Assembly (NCBI GenBank): GCA_030141605.1
Contig: JAQGDQ010000799.1
Location: 36,210 to 94,564 of the forward strand
Reading direction: 5' to 3'
Source: Tubiluchus corallicola
Taxonomy: Eukaryota > Animalia > Priapulida
DNA length: 58,355 bases
This document shows positions 15,372 to 37,493 of the stretch, piece after piece. Below the pieces are notes generated by a model. The model saw only the letters and a list, made by a program, of their open reading frames with translations. It was not told the origin of the DNA and made no database searches. Position numbers and translations under genes: made by a program. Every line of letters begins with the position of its first letter. Position 1 is the stretch's first letter.

Positions 15372-15380
15372 CTTACTTAC

Positions 15381-15521
15381 TTTTAGTGAGAAGTAAATGG
15401 CTACAAATCCAACAGGAAAGAAACATAATATTGTTGTGATGATACTCAGTACGATGTACGTGGGAGCTGGTTCACCAGTCAGCATGCCATCTACCGGATT
15501 CCTGGCGAATACATCAGCCAT
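15381..15521 (-). CDS. CD225/dispanin (IFITM/PRRT-like) membrane protein exon
   Basis: ttttttcag|ATG...AAA|gtaagt; MADVFARNPVDGMLTGEPAPTYIVLSIITTILCFFPVGFVAIYFSLK matches the CD225 pattern P..Y..LSI.T..CC..P.G.VAI..S, and the intron falls where dispanins usually have one. Confidence 0.85.
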
Positions 15522-15694
15522 CTGAAAAAACAGAAGAACACCTTTAAACTAATTTGAATCAGTTTCGGCTAAAAATACATAAAATTTTGTCTGCGAATCT
15601 CACGTTTTGTTTAATAATATCATCAACAACAACGCCATCGTCGCCGTCGCCGTCGCCATCGTCGTCATCATCATTATCATCATGGTCATCATCA

Positions 15695-15870
15695 AGTAGG
15701 TAAGCATGTGAGTGAGTACGTGAGTAAGTAAATAAGTAAGCAAGCAAGCAAGCAAGCAAGTAAGTAGTAAGTGAGTGAGTGAGTGACTGAGTGAGTGAGT
15801 GAGTGACTGAGTGAGTGAGTGAGTGAGTGAGTGAGTGAGTGAGTGAGTGAGTGAGTAAGTAAGTAAGCAA
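15695..15870. repeat. (GTGA/GTAA/GCAA)n tetranucleotide repeats
   Basis: Direct reading. Confidence 0.93.
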
Positions 15871-16069
15871 GCAAAAAAGAAAGTAATTAACCAAGCAAGA
15901 AAGCCGGCAAGTAAGTAAAAATGGTTTATTTACTCCTGAAAAACTCTTATTCGCCATTTCTTGCATTTAACACATTTTAAAGAAATGTTTGCACAAGAGC
16001 ATTAATAGAGACAACGAAGCGGGTCATTTTCAACGTATTGTGAGCCTTTTTTCTAATCGCGTTGTTCTA

Positions 16070-16773
<704 letters not shown>

Positions 16774-19700
16774 CCTCTCTTTTTTACTTGTCTTATTCTT
16801 TACCTTTTGTTTAAAACTTTGCCAAATAATCAACAATCTCAAAATAATTAGTAAGAAGCGACTTCTTATGTCTTCATTTTTTTTCTCCTTTTACGGCTCT
16901 TCAAACTCCGTAATTAGTGTGAAACAACGGTGACTGTGAGCGATGCGTTTGTTCAAGGGCGTAAAAAACAAAAGCGTCGTAATAAAATGACGCAAAACGA
17001 AAAAGTAGACCGTACCGTGAATGCATCCCATTGTCTCACACGAAAACGTTGAGCCATCTGCTGGAATTGAACCAGTTATTAATGAGCTGGCGGAACTGGG
17101 CTGTAATTAGCTGTGACGTGTTGTAGTGTCTTTTTAGACGAGATTCAAGGACTTGAATACGGATACGGAAAACCGGACCCAATCTTATAGTATCAAAATA
17201 ATCTACCCTATAAAATATATAAAGCAAACGTACTACTTTTTCAAGAATGGCTTACGTGAAAAAATTATTACCACAGAAACGTAATTTCGCGTTCGCATCA
17301 CTAGTTCTTCGCTGTTACATGCTTTTCACCATTCGCTAGTTAGACGGGCACTAGTACCTGCATTTCGGAAATACACTGCACAAAAACAGGTGCTGTACCT
17401 CTCAGCTCAGATGTGTTAGTTTGTGACGAACTACATACGTTGGACAGCTCATGCGTGGCTAGACCGCTAACGGTTGAGGTCCTCAGTCCGTATTTAATAA
17501 ATTTCAACGTCATATCATCAACTCTAAAAGCATAATATAAACTGCAACAAATAATATCGCCAATGTAGTGCCAATGTATGCAAAAACATCAAATACTAAC
17601 GATAACTCACGTAACGAATATTAGAATATATAATGAAGTCTATTCTGTATCAACTCTCCAGTACTGACACGCAAAAAACGGAGCGGAATGAAATAATGGC
17701 TCAAGACACCAAACAACGTTAACAGTTACTATGTCATGCCTATATGTATATACAAATGAATAATTCACAGCAAAAACTTCTTTGTGTAGGCTGAACATTT
17801 CAGTAAACACACCCTAGGCGAAGTCACGTGCAAAACATTCGGCGTCGGTTTTTAGATTTATATGAAAATGAATCTTCTAAACAAAAACACAGTTTCGTTA
17901 AATAAACTGCTGTAACGAGCGGCTGACTGTCGGTTAAACAAAAATTGGAAAAAATGAATGTAGGGTTTATTCTAGAAACCAGTAAAGCGACTTTCGCCAA
18001 ATACGTTACGTACAGTGAGAATATACTGTATATGGTAAAAATGTTAAAGTTGACTTGCAAAGTATTACGAAAATTGAATGTAAAAAAAATGGAGTTACAT
18101 TACTCCCACTAATGGAACGGACAAAACAACAGATAAAGAACACGAAAAAAGGATAAAGAATTTCGGATGCTGCCCCTCTACGAGCCCTCAAATTTTGCAC
18201 GAAAGAATACATCCGCGGATACATGTGTTCCTGGTACTTATACCATGCTCAATTCTACCAGACGTGCTATAAACAAGTTCAATTCCCAAAGTGCAATGTG
18301 ATCAATGACGAAGCGCTGGCCGATAAATTTCACTTGAATTATAATCAACCCAGCTCATACCCTCTCACAAAATGTTTCTACGCCATTCACTGGTTACTAC
18401 ACAAAATGCTTTAAAATCTAAAACTGGACTGACGATTCCAGACCTCGCCAACTTGCCATCAGGACTTTCCTGAAATACACTACTTCCTATATACAACCCT
18501 GAAAGTATTCTAAAAAATGTCGTCAGTATCGTCATTGCTGTCATTACTACCATCCCAATTTTCATTATCCTTTACTATTACCATCATTACAAACAACAGC
18601 ACCACCAATAACCAAAACGCCTATCAGCATTTGCATCGGTACTAGTACCATTACCGGCGCCACCGGCATAAGAAATATATGAACGAGTCTTGATAATTCC
18701 TCTGATATGTTATATATAATTTAATGAAAAAATATGGGCAAGTTAGCTAAAAGCTATGAACAAAAATGCAAAACGGTCGCCTGTGACAAAGTGTGCAGTT
18801 TGGTAGGAAATAAGCCATTTAACCCCTGCAAATGTTGCAAATGTGCGTCACAAAAATTCTAAAAATTTAGATCATAATTACACATCACTGTGCCACTGTT
18901 TTTGAAATGTCAGTAATTAGTTTATCTACATTGAAATTCTACAAGCATCTAACAAATTAACAATGAAACTAATGGCAAGGAGGTAACGTGTGAAAATTGT
19001 CAATAAACAGACTTGTGCTCTGTATTTCCCTGGATGTCTGTTTTGTCTGTTTGCACAACGCTAGTAGGACTATAAAACTATAAACTATAAAAGCTTGCAC
19101 AAGTTGAATTTAGAAAAATGCGCAACAGCTCGCTGAACATTACCAGTTCACTAAATAAAGCCTCATGCAGTTTGCATAGTCATTTTCTGAAATCGCTAGC
19201 ACAAGATGTTATATTTTTCATCAAATACATGTATATGTATATCCATGTCTACTAGAAAACAGCCAACAAAATATTTAATAAAATTAAATATTTGCACCCA
19301 TGACTTATATTATCATTTGAAGAAAGAAGCAGTGATTTACTGTTTTACACAGGCAAAATTGGCATATGCACTTTATTCCTACACCAGACATGCAGGCAGA
19401 CACAATTGACAGGAAAAATACAGAGCAGGATATATTTGGAAAGAATTAAAAGACATTTACACTTATGCAGTTGGTGAACTTCTCTGAGTAAAAAATTTGT
19501 CCGGTTCTTTGCCTGAATGCTCCGTCGCTTGAGCGAGTATATAATGCTAGTATATTTCTAGTACAATTATCGGATTAAAGCTTTCACTGATCCACATATA
19601 CAGTTTTCATTAGGGGTCATATGGGGTTATAGGTAAGTAGTGACTGTGCACAGAAACACCTGTTTTATTCTAATAGTAGAGCTTGAAATGCTAGAAAAAA

Positions 19701-22700
19701 CTTGACTTTGTAGATCCAAAACCTAGGCTAACTAAAACCTAAAACAAACCTTAAATCAACGCATTAGTAGGTATTTAATCCCCAGTCAAAATGCAATAGC
19801 AGTTTTAGTAAATTTAATTCACATTGGTTAGCTACTTAGTTTTTTTAGCAGAGTTACCGGTTATTTCGCGCGGTTCTTTCGGTATTGCACTATTTTACAT
19901 TCTCAACATCGTGCAAAAGCAGGCTGTTTATAATGCTTTATAAAAATTCGAAAGAACTCATATACAAATGCATCTACATTTAAAATCAGAAATGCGTGAT
20001 TGCGACCCATTTCCAAGAAGCTCCCAAAGATTGAGCTGAACCAGCTGTTAGGACATTCTGTATCTCTGTTTAGAGAAACTAAAATGCTCTACCACATGTC
20101 AAACTGCTATAAGCCACATCCCACAGCTCTTCAAGTACTAACAACGCTCGGTGATGAGTAATAAAACGAATTAACGCACATAGCAGCAACTTCACTAAAT
20201 ACAGCTCTTTCCTAAAAGAACTCCTAAAAACATTGGTCAGCGGAGACGTTAGCAGAAGTCTTTGTAACTACTTACTTATGTCTAATTTTGTTTTATTAGT
20301 TACGAAAGAAAAGAAAGGTGTGATCATTTAGTAAGTTAAGTTAATCTAAAATCCACTTTACACACTAAGCAGTGCGGCAGAACGCATTATATAGGAAAAT
20401 ATGTACATTTCATGCATTTTGCTTCAACGAACTTGGACGACAGCTAGGCCGTGTACAAAAACATCAGGTGTGTATATATTACCATTACTGACACGAGCGG
20501 TACAGCAGACCGTAGTCGTGCCATTCCAACAGTCGCGCACCTAAATACTTATTTGAATAGGAAAACACTCAAACAACAAAAAGTCTAAAGTTTCATACAC
20601 AATGAAACAGTGCAAACATTTTTTCCAAAGTTCGTGGTTGTTCACTTATACATAAAATACCTTCGACCCTCAAAACAGTTAATTGAGTAAACTGTCAACT
20701 GGCAAGCGACAAGAAAAGGAAAACTAGCGCACAAAAACATCACAGATATCAATCTGTTGAAAAGAAAATCAGAAAAAGATTCCATTGACATCCATTATTC
20801 TCTCCCCGCCTGTAAATGCCGACTTTAACAGTGTATTGAACTTTGTGGAAAATATGGCAGCCGAGCCACTGCAGGCTGTGTGTTTAACTTGTGTTTAAAG
20901 TGACTCTGATATGATCATCTAGCCAGAGGCAAGAAAAATGTTTTATGAGGACTGTACCCGTGACCTTTTTGTGGCAAGTTCTATAGGGTAATACAATAAA
21001 AATAACATAAGAGATAAAATGTAGTACAGTGTAACCGTAAGAACGAGACAGTAACATATAAAGAAATTTCACAAACTCGAATGACTTTGATGGCCGGTCT
21101 TGTAACAAATGCTGATTTTTTTAAATCGCACCAATCCGTGAAAACGCATACAAGCGTAGAGACGTGAAACGAGAAGATATTTTAGCCTGCGTGCCTCAAA
21201 CTCAACAACCGAGACCACAGGGCTGCCTTCCAACATTGACTTAAGAACAAAAGCACAGGCAAAGTCCATTGACATGATTTTTAGACAGCGTAAATCCAAT
21301 CCCTTACTCCGGCTAAGTGGCAACCAGCCTGGTACTTTCCCCATGTTCCTCTGCTCTCGAGTGAATAAGAACAAAATGGAAAACAAACACTGTACAGCGC
21401 CTCTGCCCATATGGCTGAACTTTCATTACCATCAAGTTCATTGTGTCACACAGAGTATAGGATTCGCAACGCCCCTTTTCGCCAACTTAAAACTGTCTTT
21501 ATTATTCAAAGTTTATTTTCTGATAAATCAATTCAAACACAATCAAACACAGCCTTGAGCTCATTAGTACAGTCAAAGAAGAACGACAACTAGAAAAACG
21601 AAAAAATAAGCAAAAAAGCCATGACTTAAAGCAGGCCATAAATACTTCTATAATGCTATATCAAGAGGTTTTCCATTTGTTAGTGATTAGTGTTTCAGTT
21701 AGTTCACTTTCCAAAAATTAAAATCTATGCTTGTTCCTAGGGAGTATAGCTTGAAACCAACAGATGTTTTTAAAGGTAAAGATTTACAACAAACTTTTCA
21801 AGCTTGAATTAAAATCTGATATGAGTTCTAATGACATAATATCAGGTGGAGGTCTGGTTCGTATTAAAAGGCCATAAGGGTATTGGTTTTAATCGAGAAT
21901 TTTTTATTACGTAGCTTATAGTTGCACAACTGAAAACTCAGGACCCAAGAGAAGCCCAAAGATAAGAGTCGTTTCTTTCAGGCAATATAACATTCAACAT
22001 ATAATATTCTCTGCACAGCCCAGCAATATAACAGTTTCATCAAAACAATTTGACTCATCCAATAATAACCAAAAAATTTACTCGAATGAGTCTGGATGAG
22101 TCAGTAAGTCATCATAGAGCTTATAAAATTGTCCTCTCACTAATCACTGACTACTTATTGGGTAAACCCAATATTTCCAGTGTCTATTTGTTTTTTAATG
22201 AGTTAATAATATACGCATACATGCAACATCTTCAATTTCCATATTGCAGCCTTCAACAGAAATAATAGAGAATTATGCAAAACATGTGAACGGCTAGGTG
22301 AACTATTCAACCCTTTATAAGCGATGTACTAATATTTGGGACCTTATAATCGTAGCAGTTTGCCCTGGTTCTGTAGGGTTTAAACAATTAAACACTAGAG
22401 TGACTGACAACACTGTATCACTTGAGGGCACCCTGGAACCTAGTAAGTCCTACGTATAAAAAAATACTGCAGGTGATTTTTAGTTGCAACCTAGCAAGTC
22501 CATTAATTTAAAAAAACACTTTAAATGTTTATTTCCCTTTTTACAGAATAATAGAGCACTCTTTGCATGTATTTGTTCCAAATTTTTAAGGCAATCCATT
22601 AAACTGTTTCTTGGCAAGCGAAACACAGTTTTTTCCGTTTTTCTTAAAACTAGCTGAAGTGGACTTACTAGGTAATTACAGAAAATGGGAGTGTACTGAT

Positions 22701-22748
22701 CTACTAAAATTTCAATAAGTAACATTCATTATCTTCGACTTATTTGAA

Positions 22749-22891
22749 TACTGACATGCAAATTCCTCAGCAAAGAAACCAGGTTACACTTGAACTACTG
22801 ACATGCAAATTCCTCAGCAAAGAAGCCAGGTTACACTTGAACTACTGACATGCAAATTCCTCAGCAAAGAAGCTGGGTTACACTTGAACTA
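22749..22891. repeat. 47-bp tandem repeat, 3 copies
   Basis: TACTGACATGCAAATTCCTCAGCAAAGAAGCCAGGTTACACTTGAAC. Confidence 0.93.
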
Positions 22892-23794
22892 CGCTGCAGT
22901 ACTTATTGATTAGATTTCCAATTGTTTCACACTCCCACTGATCGGACAGCCCGGAAAGCCCACATTCATTATGTTGGCAATGTTTCTGCATGTCAGAGAT
23001 AGGCAGAACAAATACAATGAATATTGCTTAAATTGTTCCCCAAAAATATACGGAATTCAGCGATAGAGAGAGTTAAAAGTACGAAGTGTAATTGCTTTAA
23101 GCTTGGAGATGTATCGAAACAAATCCGTTGGTTTGAAGAAACCAAAAAACTTGAAATTTAGTTTTAATATTTTATTCTGAAGTGTCTACATAAACAGTGA
23201 AGTAGTGTCATGTTGAAAAACAGAAAACCAAGTGACAAAAACTACAGGTGAAATCATTTAGGCGTGAAAACAGGTTTAGAGATTATGCATTCATAAAGAC
23301 TGTAGAAGCCAATGAAAATTTAAACAGTGAAGAGAAGGATTTAACAATTTTAACAAGAACACCTGAAGGTGGCAGCACTATGCAAAACTGAAAAAAGTAT
23401 GATGACAAAACAATTTAAGTTTAGAGTAATTAAAATGATTTTCTTCTGTCCATCCGTTCTGCCAAAACTGTCTGACACGTGACGGGCGTATGATGATGAT
23501 GATGACATGAACTATATTCCGAATTATGCAGAATCTATTTATGTAGTATTTATGAATTTAGAAAAAATTGCAAAAAGATCAAATTTCTGATCACAAGAAG
23601 AACATGTGACTGATGCACTGCTTGGCTGTCTTTCTACTTACTCAATAATAAAGAAATAATAATAATATTAGTAATAAAATAAGAATATTTTCATAAAGAA
23701 GCCTTTTTAATTGATTAGAAATTTAATATGAACTTATGGATTTAATTACGGCTGATTTTTATATACATGTGTTATGATTTACATCAGCCTATAG

Positions 23795-24238
23795 CAGTGG
23801 TTCCCAAAGTAGGGGTAAATTACCCCCCGGGGGTAATATGTTTTTTTTGAGGGGGTAACGGGCACCCCTCTGAAAATTTTTAAAACTTCGCTCGGAATGC
23901 ATTTTACATTGTGGGGAACACTGTGTCATGGGGTCCATCATTCGCACGTTCCCATGATCTCTGGTGCGATCCTGGGGAGAAGTCAAAGTTCACAATTGTT
24001 TCTTTGGTCTCTTCTCTATCGACATTTCTGCACAGCCTTTAGCGTTTAGAGAAAGCTAGGCCCCTTTTACTATCTCTCTATCTTTTTGATACTAAGGAAA
24101 AGTAAAATATTACTTGCCTAATTTGATTCTCATTGGGTGGGGGGTAATGGACTCGATAAGTAGTACTAGGTGGGGGGTAATGGACACGACCGGGCTTCCC
24201 GATTTGCGTAACGGTCCGAGAAAGTTTGGCAACCACTG
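23795..24238. mobile_element. hAT (Charlie-like) MITE
   Basis: TIRs CAGTGGTTCCCAAA / TTTGGCAACCACTG and a perfect 8-bp TSD GCCTATAG. Confidence 0.93.
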
Positions 24239-24364
24239 GCCTATAGTGTATGTGACTGTTTATGTGTTAATATTCTAAGTATGTAAAATGTATTTGTCCA
24301 TTTTTAATGTTAATGCTTTTTAAATATTCAATAAATTATTATTAATTATTAATAAACCCCTTTA

Positions 24365-24570
24365 CAGTGATTGATGATGATCGTGAAAAGGTCAAAGGTT
24401 AAGTGTACCAGTCAACGCATTTTGTGTACACTTGACAACACCTTGCAGCCCATGCTATTGTAATACTAACAGTTTTAACAGCTAGCTAGAACCTTACCTA
24501 GTTCATTTTTTCTTGTTCCTAAGCAAGATTCTGCTAGTAAATCACTCTACGCACAGGCTAATGCATACTT
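24365..24570. mobile_element. Dispersed repeat fragment
   Basis: ~200-bp reverse-complement match to ~44215-44412. Confidence 0.7.
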
Positions 24571-24938
24571 GAGTAAAGTCTATGTAAAACAACCAAAGTT
24601 ACTAAACTGATGCGGCAGACGGCTTTGTTTTACCCGCATGTCAGTGACGGTTGTAGTTAAGACACACTGCTCGGGTATACTTGACCTTTGACCTACTGTA
24701 ATTGTGGATGCTCACTTTGAATCTGTAAAAAGACTTAAGATTGAATAAGCCTAGGAAAATGACCAGAAGAACCCCCTATATCAGTGAGGTTTGAATGCAC
24801 AACTCAGCCCATAACCACTCGGTCATGTCACCACCTCCCTTACTGTGTGAACATTTTTAGTGGCACCTACGCGAGTGACATCAAAAATTCTCAATGTTTT
24901 TCGTATTTTAATTTCCAAATTCATAAGTTTCATAATAA

Positions 24939-25088
<150 letters not shown>

Positions 25089-25178
25089 TAAGTTTTTCAT
25101 CTTATGTTGCTGTTCACATGATGTATATGCTGGCAATAAATCACGGATTTGAAGTTGTGTCAACATTCGTGTCATTAG

Positions 25179-25724
25179 CTGCGATGAGAGTTTTCCCCGG
25201 ATACGCGGAATTCCGAGTTTTTGGAAGACCAGTAGTGTCATTTTTGTAAATCGCGTAAATTCGTTGTGAAAATTTTTATGGACCCAGCACGTTATTCCAC
25301 AAACTGGCCGCTAGGTGGCAGGCCGTCACTTTGTTTACATCACGTACATCAGTGTAACCACGTGTATATCTCTATGTATAAAAATATAGAATCAATTGTG
25401 TGGAGTTATTTGAGTCAATTGCAGACAGTTTTTATATACTTTTGCATAGGAGCGACCAGTACTTAGGCGTTTTTGAGACAATTAGGTATCATGTATCCTT
25501 GATAGTTGGGTATTTTAAATTATGCATGAAACAAGGTAATTGATATTTTAAGTCTACTTAGAGGCTGTCAATGGTCACAAAATTGCAATTTCTTGCTGAC
25601 TCCAAGGGGGCTTCACCCTCCTTGAACCCCCATGGGGACTTTGCCCCTCAACGCCATTAGGGGCCTACGCGGCCCCCCCCCGGCCTGTTTCAGAGTTTTT
25701 TGCAATTTGTCATTCTCATCCCTG
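25179..25724. mobile_element. MITE with CAGGGATGAGA-type termini (hAT-like)
   Basis: CTGCGATGAGA ... TCTCATCCCTG, flanked on both sides by CATTAG. Confidence 0.65.
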
Positions 25725-25911
25725 CATTAGTTCAGGTTTCGAGATCAAACTTACTGACGCTCAGCCATTTTCAATGTTGCTAGTAAATCAAATCTAACGT
25801 AGCCAATGAAAATAGTTCATTGCTTGCCTGCGAAGTTTCTGCCTCATTGACCTGATTGAGGGAGAATGTAACTACATATTTTTGTGAACTTGGCTAACAT
25901 CAGACAGACCG

Positions 25912-26158
25912 GCATCTTTGTCATGTGCAGTATGAGGCACCAAACCACCAGAGGTGTCTTAATCATGTACAACACGAGACACTGAACCACCAGAGGTGTC
26001 TTAATCGTGTGCAACATAAGGCGCCAAACCAGCAGCGGCATCTTAATCATGTACAACACAAGGCACCAAACCAGTGCAGGCCTCTTAATCTTGTACAACA
26101 CGAGGCACCGAACCAGCAGAGGCCTCTTAATCTTGTACAGCATGAGACACTGAACCAT
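25912..26158. repeat. 42-bp diverged tandem repeat, ~6 copies
   Basis: TCTTAATCATGTACAACACGAGRCACYRAACCASCAGAGG. Confidence 0.88.
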
Positions 26159-26306
26159 TTGTGGTGTCGTAATTATGTGTATACCTTCTTTCTAAGCTAA
26201 TGTCATAACGATTGATAGTATTATTAACAGTGGTTGATCATACATCAAAGACGCGTGTATATAATAGCTACATTAGCAGTAAAATATGTTCAGTAGTCTA
26301 TTCTAG

Positions 26307-26480
<174 letters not shown>

Positions 26481-26596
26481 TAGGTCTCTCTTTTTTGTAT
26501 TGTCCATTAACATTACTCATTTTCTGTGAGTTCTCTTATCTATGTGATAACGTATGTCTTAAAAATTTCTTAAGTAATTACTTTGCTTCATTATTA

Positions 26597-27040
26597 AGGC
26601 AGAGATGTTAACTGTTTAAACATTTAGCCAATTGCTAACTGGTGTAACCATTTAGAGAATCACTGACCGTTTAATCGTTACTTAACCAAGTTTTCTACGT
26701 ATCCGTATTAATGAAACCTTGTATCTTTTCTGAGTTAGAAATGTCCCGCTTACTTAAAATTTTACTATTTACAACATTGTTTCAATTAATCTGGTTGCCT
26801 AAAAAGCATATAAATGGTAAATTGCAAAAGTTTTTCACTCGCGTATGTTACGAGGATGCCGCGATATTGGACATTCTTGCTGGCACATGCTAGATTTCAA
26901 CCTCACCGCTTACTCATGCAAATCTTGGGTAGTTGAATATTTTCTTATATGTATGACGTCATCGGGAACAGTTAACCAGCAAACTGACCGCAATTAATAA
27001 CGTTTAAACAGTTAGTTAAAAAGCCTAACCATCTCAGCCT
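26597..27040. mobile_element. MITE with GGCTGAGA termini
   Basis: AGGCAGAGATG ... CATCTCAGCCT; inverted homolog at ~54490-54927. Confidence 0.75.
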
Positions 27041-27170
27041 CATTCGTCATTTATTTTTTCATTTTTACTACTAATTTGATTACTGTAATGTTACATAAAG
27101 TGACAGATTCTACTCAGCTGCTGTGTTTGCTCTGTTAGTGTAAAAATAAAAGCACTAGACTTAATCCTAA

Positions 27171-27850
<680 letters not shown>

Positions 27851-27939
27851 ATCTTCCTGTAACTGTCAGATTTCCCTATTGAGTTTGATGAATTAGTGCT
27901 TCAGTTTTTTTAAATTCACTCAGTCTCATACACAGCCCC

Positions 27940-33450
<5,511 letters not shown>

Positions 33451-34455
33451 TGAACCAGTTTGACAAATTGTTCGTTCTTTTTTAATGTGGTGAGGTGATC
33501 AAAGTTAAGCAATGCTAAGTCCGGCAAGTCATTGCCAGGTTCATTACCAGTTTTGGGTAGTATCATCTGATCAAGGTCTGTAGCTCGTTGGGGAAGGATG
33601 TACACACATCCCAGTGTGGGCGAGGCACACCTACTGATCCAGTGTCTCATCTTAGAGATCCTGCAATGACAATCTGCATTAACAATTCCCTGCAGTTGAG
33701 TTCTAGATTGTAACTTGTAGTATAGCAATGTACAAGAAATAAAATGTGTGCTTGCAAACTAAATCCATTCATAAGTCGGCATAGTTAAAAGTATGTTATG
33801 ATGCTTCAAAGTAGAATGCACCAAAAATTTGGTTAAATGTTAATTTTTTTATAAAACAAATGCTAGATATGTTAACTTTTATATTTTTGCATCAGTTCAT
33901 CAGGAAAATGTTCAAAAAATACTAACAATTTTATAACTCTTTACCAACTTTTCTGGCTAGAAACTAGTACTGCAATTGTAAAAAACTTGTATTTTCAAAC
34001 TCTGATAGCAGCTCATGGAAGAAGTCCTTTTGCTTTGGGTTTTTTCTGTTGCCAAGCCCAGAACTTCATCAGGAAGAGCCATCTACTGGATTTAAACATA
34101 ACTTCAATGTGTTCTTGCAATGTCCATAGCAACCAACGTTTGTGCGGTTGCTAAGTGTTTGTAGAGATGCGACAAAAAACAATGGCTGACTTTAATAGTG
34201 ATTTTCTCAAGATTATGTTCTTCAATGCATAGCCTGCACCTCAACTTCAATGTGAATTATCTCAGCTTAGAAATAACGTAGAACAATGAACTTGGTATCA
34301 AAATGATCCTCATGAAATAGAGATTCGGGATTTGTGAATAACAGAAAAACTTAATTGATGACTTATGAACGATTTTCTTATGCAAGCACACATTTTGAAT
34401 TACCAATGTATCAGTCATTGAATGAATTGCAGAATGATTGAATTTTAATTCCATG

Positions 34456-35255
<800 letters not shown>

Positions 35256-35944
35256 AAAAGTATCTTACGCCAAATCTGTTATCCCATGAAATATATATAT
35301 AGTAATTATAATAATAATATAATATATTGTATGAATGAGAAAATTTAATGTGAGAATGAAACTCGTGTTGTTTCATGATGGCTGTGCTAATAGTTTTATT
35401 TTCAGTAAAAATATACTTAAATTGTAAGCTTTTTAAGTATCTAGAAAAGAGTTTTTACAATTGATATAAATTAGTCATAGTTTAGCAGGTTTTCGGTGCA
35501 GCACAATCCAAACAAAATGTTTAATAGAATCCAGAAGTTTGGGTTTATCGTAGCTCAACGACATGAATTAGCTTGAATTTTAAGCTCTTCTGATTGTGAA
35601 GAATTTGCCTGATGATTTTTCTTGCTCACATCTTAACGAGGCATTAATTAAGTAAAATTATCATTAAGTGAACGTGTTTGATATTGCCTTATTAATGTCT
35701 TTAATTCAGCTGTATTTATTTTTTCCCACGTGGTGTAATGTAGTTGTGAATACGCTGTACCTGACCTGTGCACTTCATCCGGTGTGGAACGTATACCTTT
35801 CATACTCTCTCAGCGCTCTTCGGTTTCATTCCATGTTCTCCAGCCTGCTAACTTTCCATCTTTCGTACTTCCACGTTTCCTCTTTCCTTTAGGAGCCCGT
35901 GTTGCAACAATCACACTTCATTGTCCTCATCTTTCTTCGACTTT

Positions 35945-36842
35945 AAGATGTGACCGATCCGTCTTCAAGATGCGACCAATCCTCCCTCAAGATGTGACCG
36001 ACCCTTCCCCAAGAAGTGACCGATCCATCTTCAAGATGTGACCGATCCTTCAAGATGTGACCGATCCATCTTCAAGATCTGACCGATCCTCCCTCAAGAT
36101 GTGACCGAGCCATCTTCAAGATGTGACCGATCCATCTTCAAGATGTGACCGATTCTTCTTCAAGATGTGACCGATCCTTCTTCAAATGTGACCGATCCTT
36201 CCTCAAGATGTGACCAATCCATCTTCAAGATGTGACCGATCCTTCCTCAAGATGTAACCAATCCATCTTCAAGATGTGACCCATCCTTCCTCAAGATGTG
36301 ACCAATCCATCTTCAAGATGTGACCGATCCTTCCTCAAGATGTGACCAATCCATCTTCAAGATGTGACCGATCCTTCCTCAAGATGTGACCGATCCTTCC
36401 TCAAGATGTGACCGATCCATCTGCAAGATGTGACCGATCCTTTCTCAAGATGTGACCGATCCTTCCTCAAGATGTGACCGATCCATCTGCAAGATGTGAC
36501 CGATCCTTCCTCAAGATGTGACCGATCCATCTTCAAGATGTGACCGATCCTTGCTCAAGATGTGACCAATCCATCTTCAAGATGTGACTGATCCTTCCTC
36601 AAGATGTGACTGATCCTTCCTCAAGATGTAACCAATCCATGTTCAAGATGTGACCAATGCATCCTCAAGATGTGACCGATCCTTCTTCAAGATGTGACCG
36701 ATCCTCCCTCAAGATGTGACCGATCCTTCTTCAAGATGTGACCAATCCATCCTCAAGATGTGACCGATCCTTCTTCAAGATGTGACCAATCCATCCTCAA
36801 GATGTGACTGATCCTTCCTCAAGATGTAACCAATCCATCTTC
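35945..36842. repeat. 22-bp tandem repeat, ~40 copies, downstream of the HECT stop codon
   Basis: Unit CAAGATGTGACCGATCCWTCYT. Confidence 0.96.
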
Positions 36843-36941
36843 GCTTCCTCATTTTATCAATCATATTTTCTTGCCATGAATACAGTAGATGTTTTATTGA
36901 TCAGGAAAATCAAGTTGTGTCAGTCAGTGGTGGATTCAATG

Positions 36942-37493
36942 CAGTAATTCCTCGCTTAACGACTCCCCCTTTAAGCGACATTTCGTTTTACCTCGCCTAT
37001 CTCGAACAACCTTCTAAGCAAGAAGTCTTACTCCAAAGTGTGCACCACATTATCATTTTAACTGCTAGTTTCAGCAAAAATGCTAAGATTTCTTGTATTA
37101 CCTTAGCAAAATGCTGCACACAACATGGCTTCACATGGTTTAATGTAGATGACAATATTATTATTGCCGAATTCTATTAGCCATGCTCCTCAGACTACAA
37201 TAGAGGTGGATCAGTCATTCTAATTTTGATTATTCATAAAAGCTGTTGTTTAATATTTGATTAAAGGCTCAGTTTGTCATTTTCACAGGCTGTAGTGTTA
37301 CTAGTGTATAGTCCGACATTGATGAGTGACTCAATCTTGTTTTCTTACAAACATTGTCTAACTCGTACCCTTGCAGAACTCAAACAAATGTTCCGGTCTC
37401 AAGGTGTTCGAGTCGTACATAGTTTACTGTACAATCACAATTACTGTAGAATCCATAAAGCTTTGATCGTCTCACTTAAGCGAGGTCCCGTCG
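36942..37493. mobile_element. Degenerate Tigger-like MITE
   Basis: CAGTAATTCCTCGCTTAA ... TTAAGCGAGGTCCCGTCG|ta; left end homologous to the 41683 and 51775 termini. Confidence 0.6.

Noticed and set aside
21069-21593. Overlapping ORFs of 60-113 aa as a gene or transposase
   Set aside because: No recognisable motif or consistent splice structure; nothing supportable was found in 17.6-22.7 kb.
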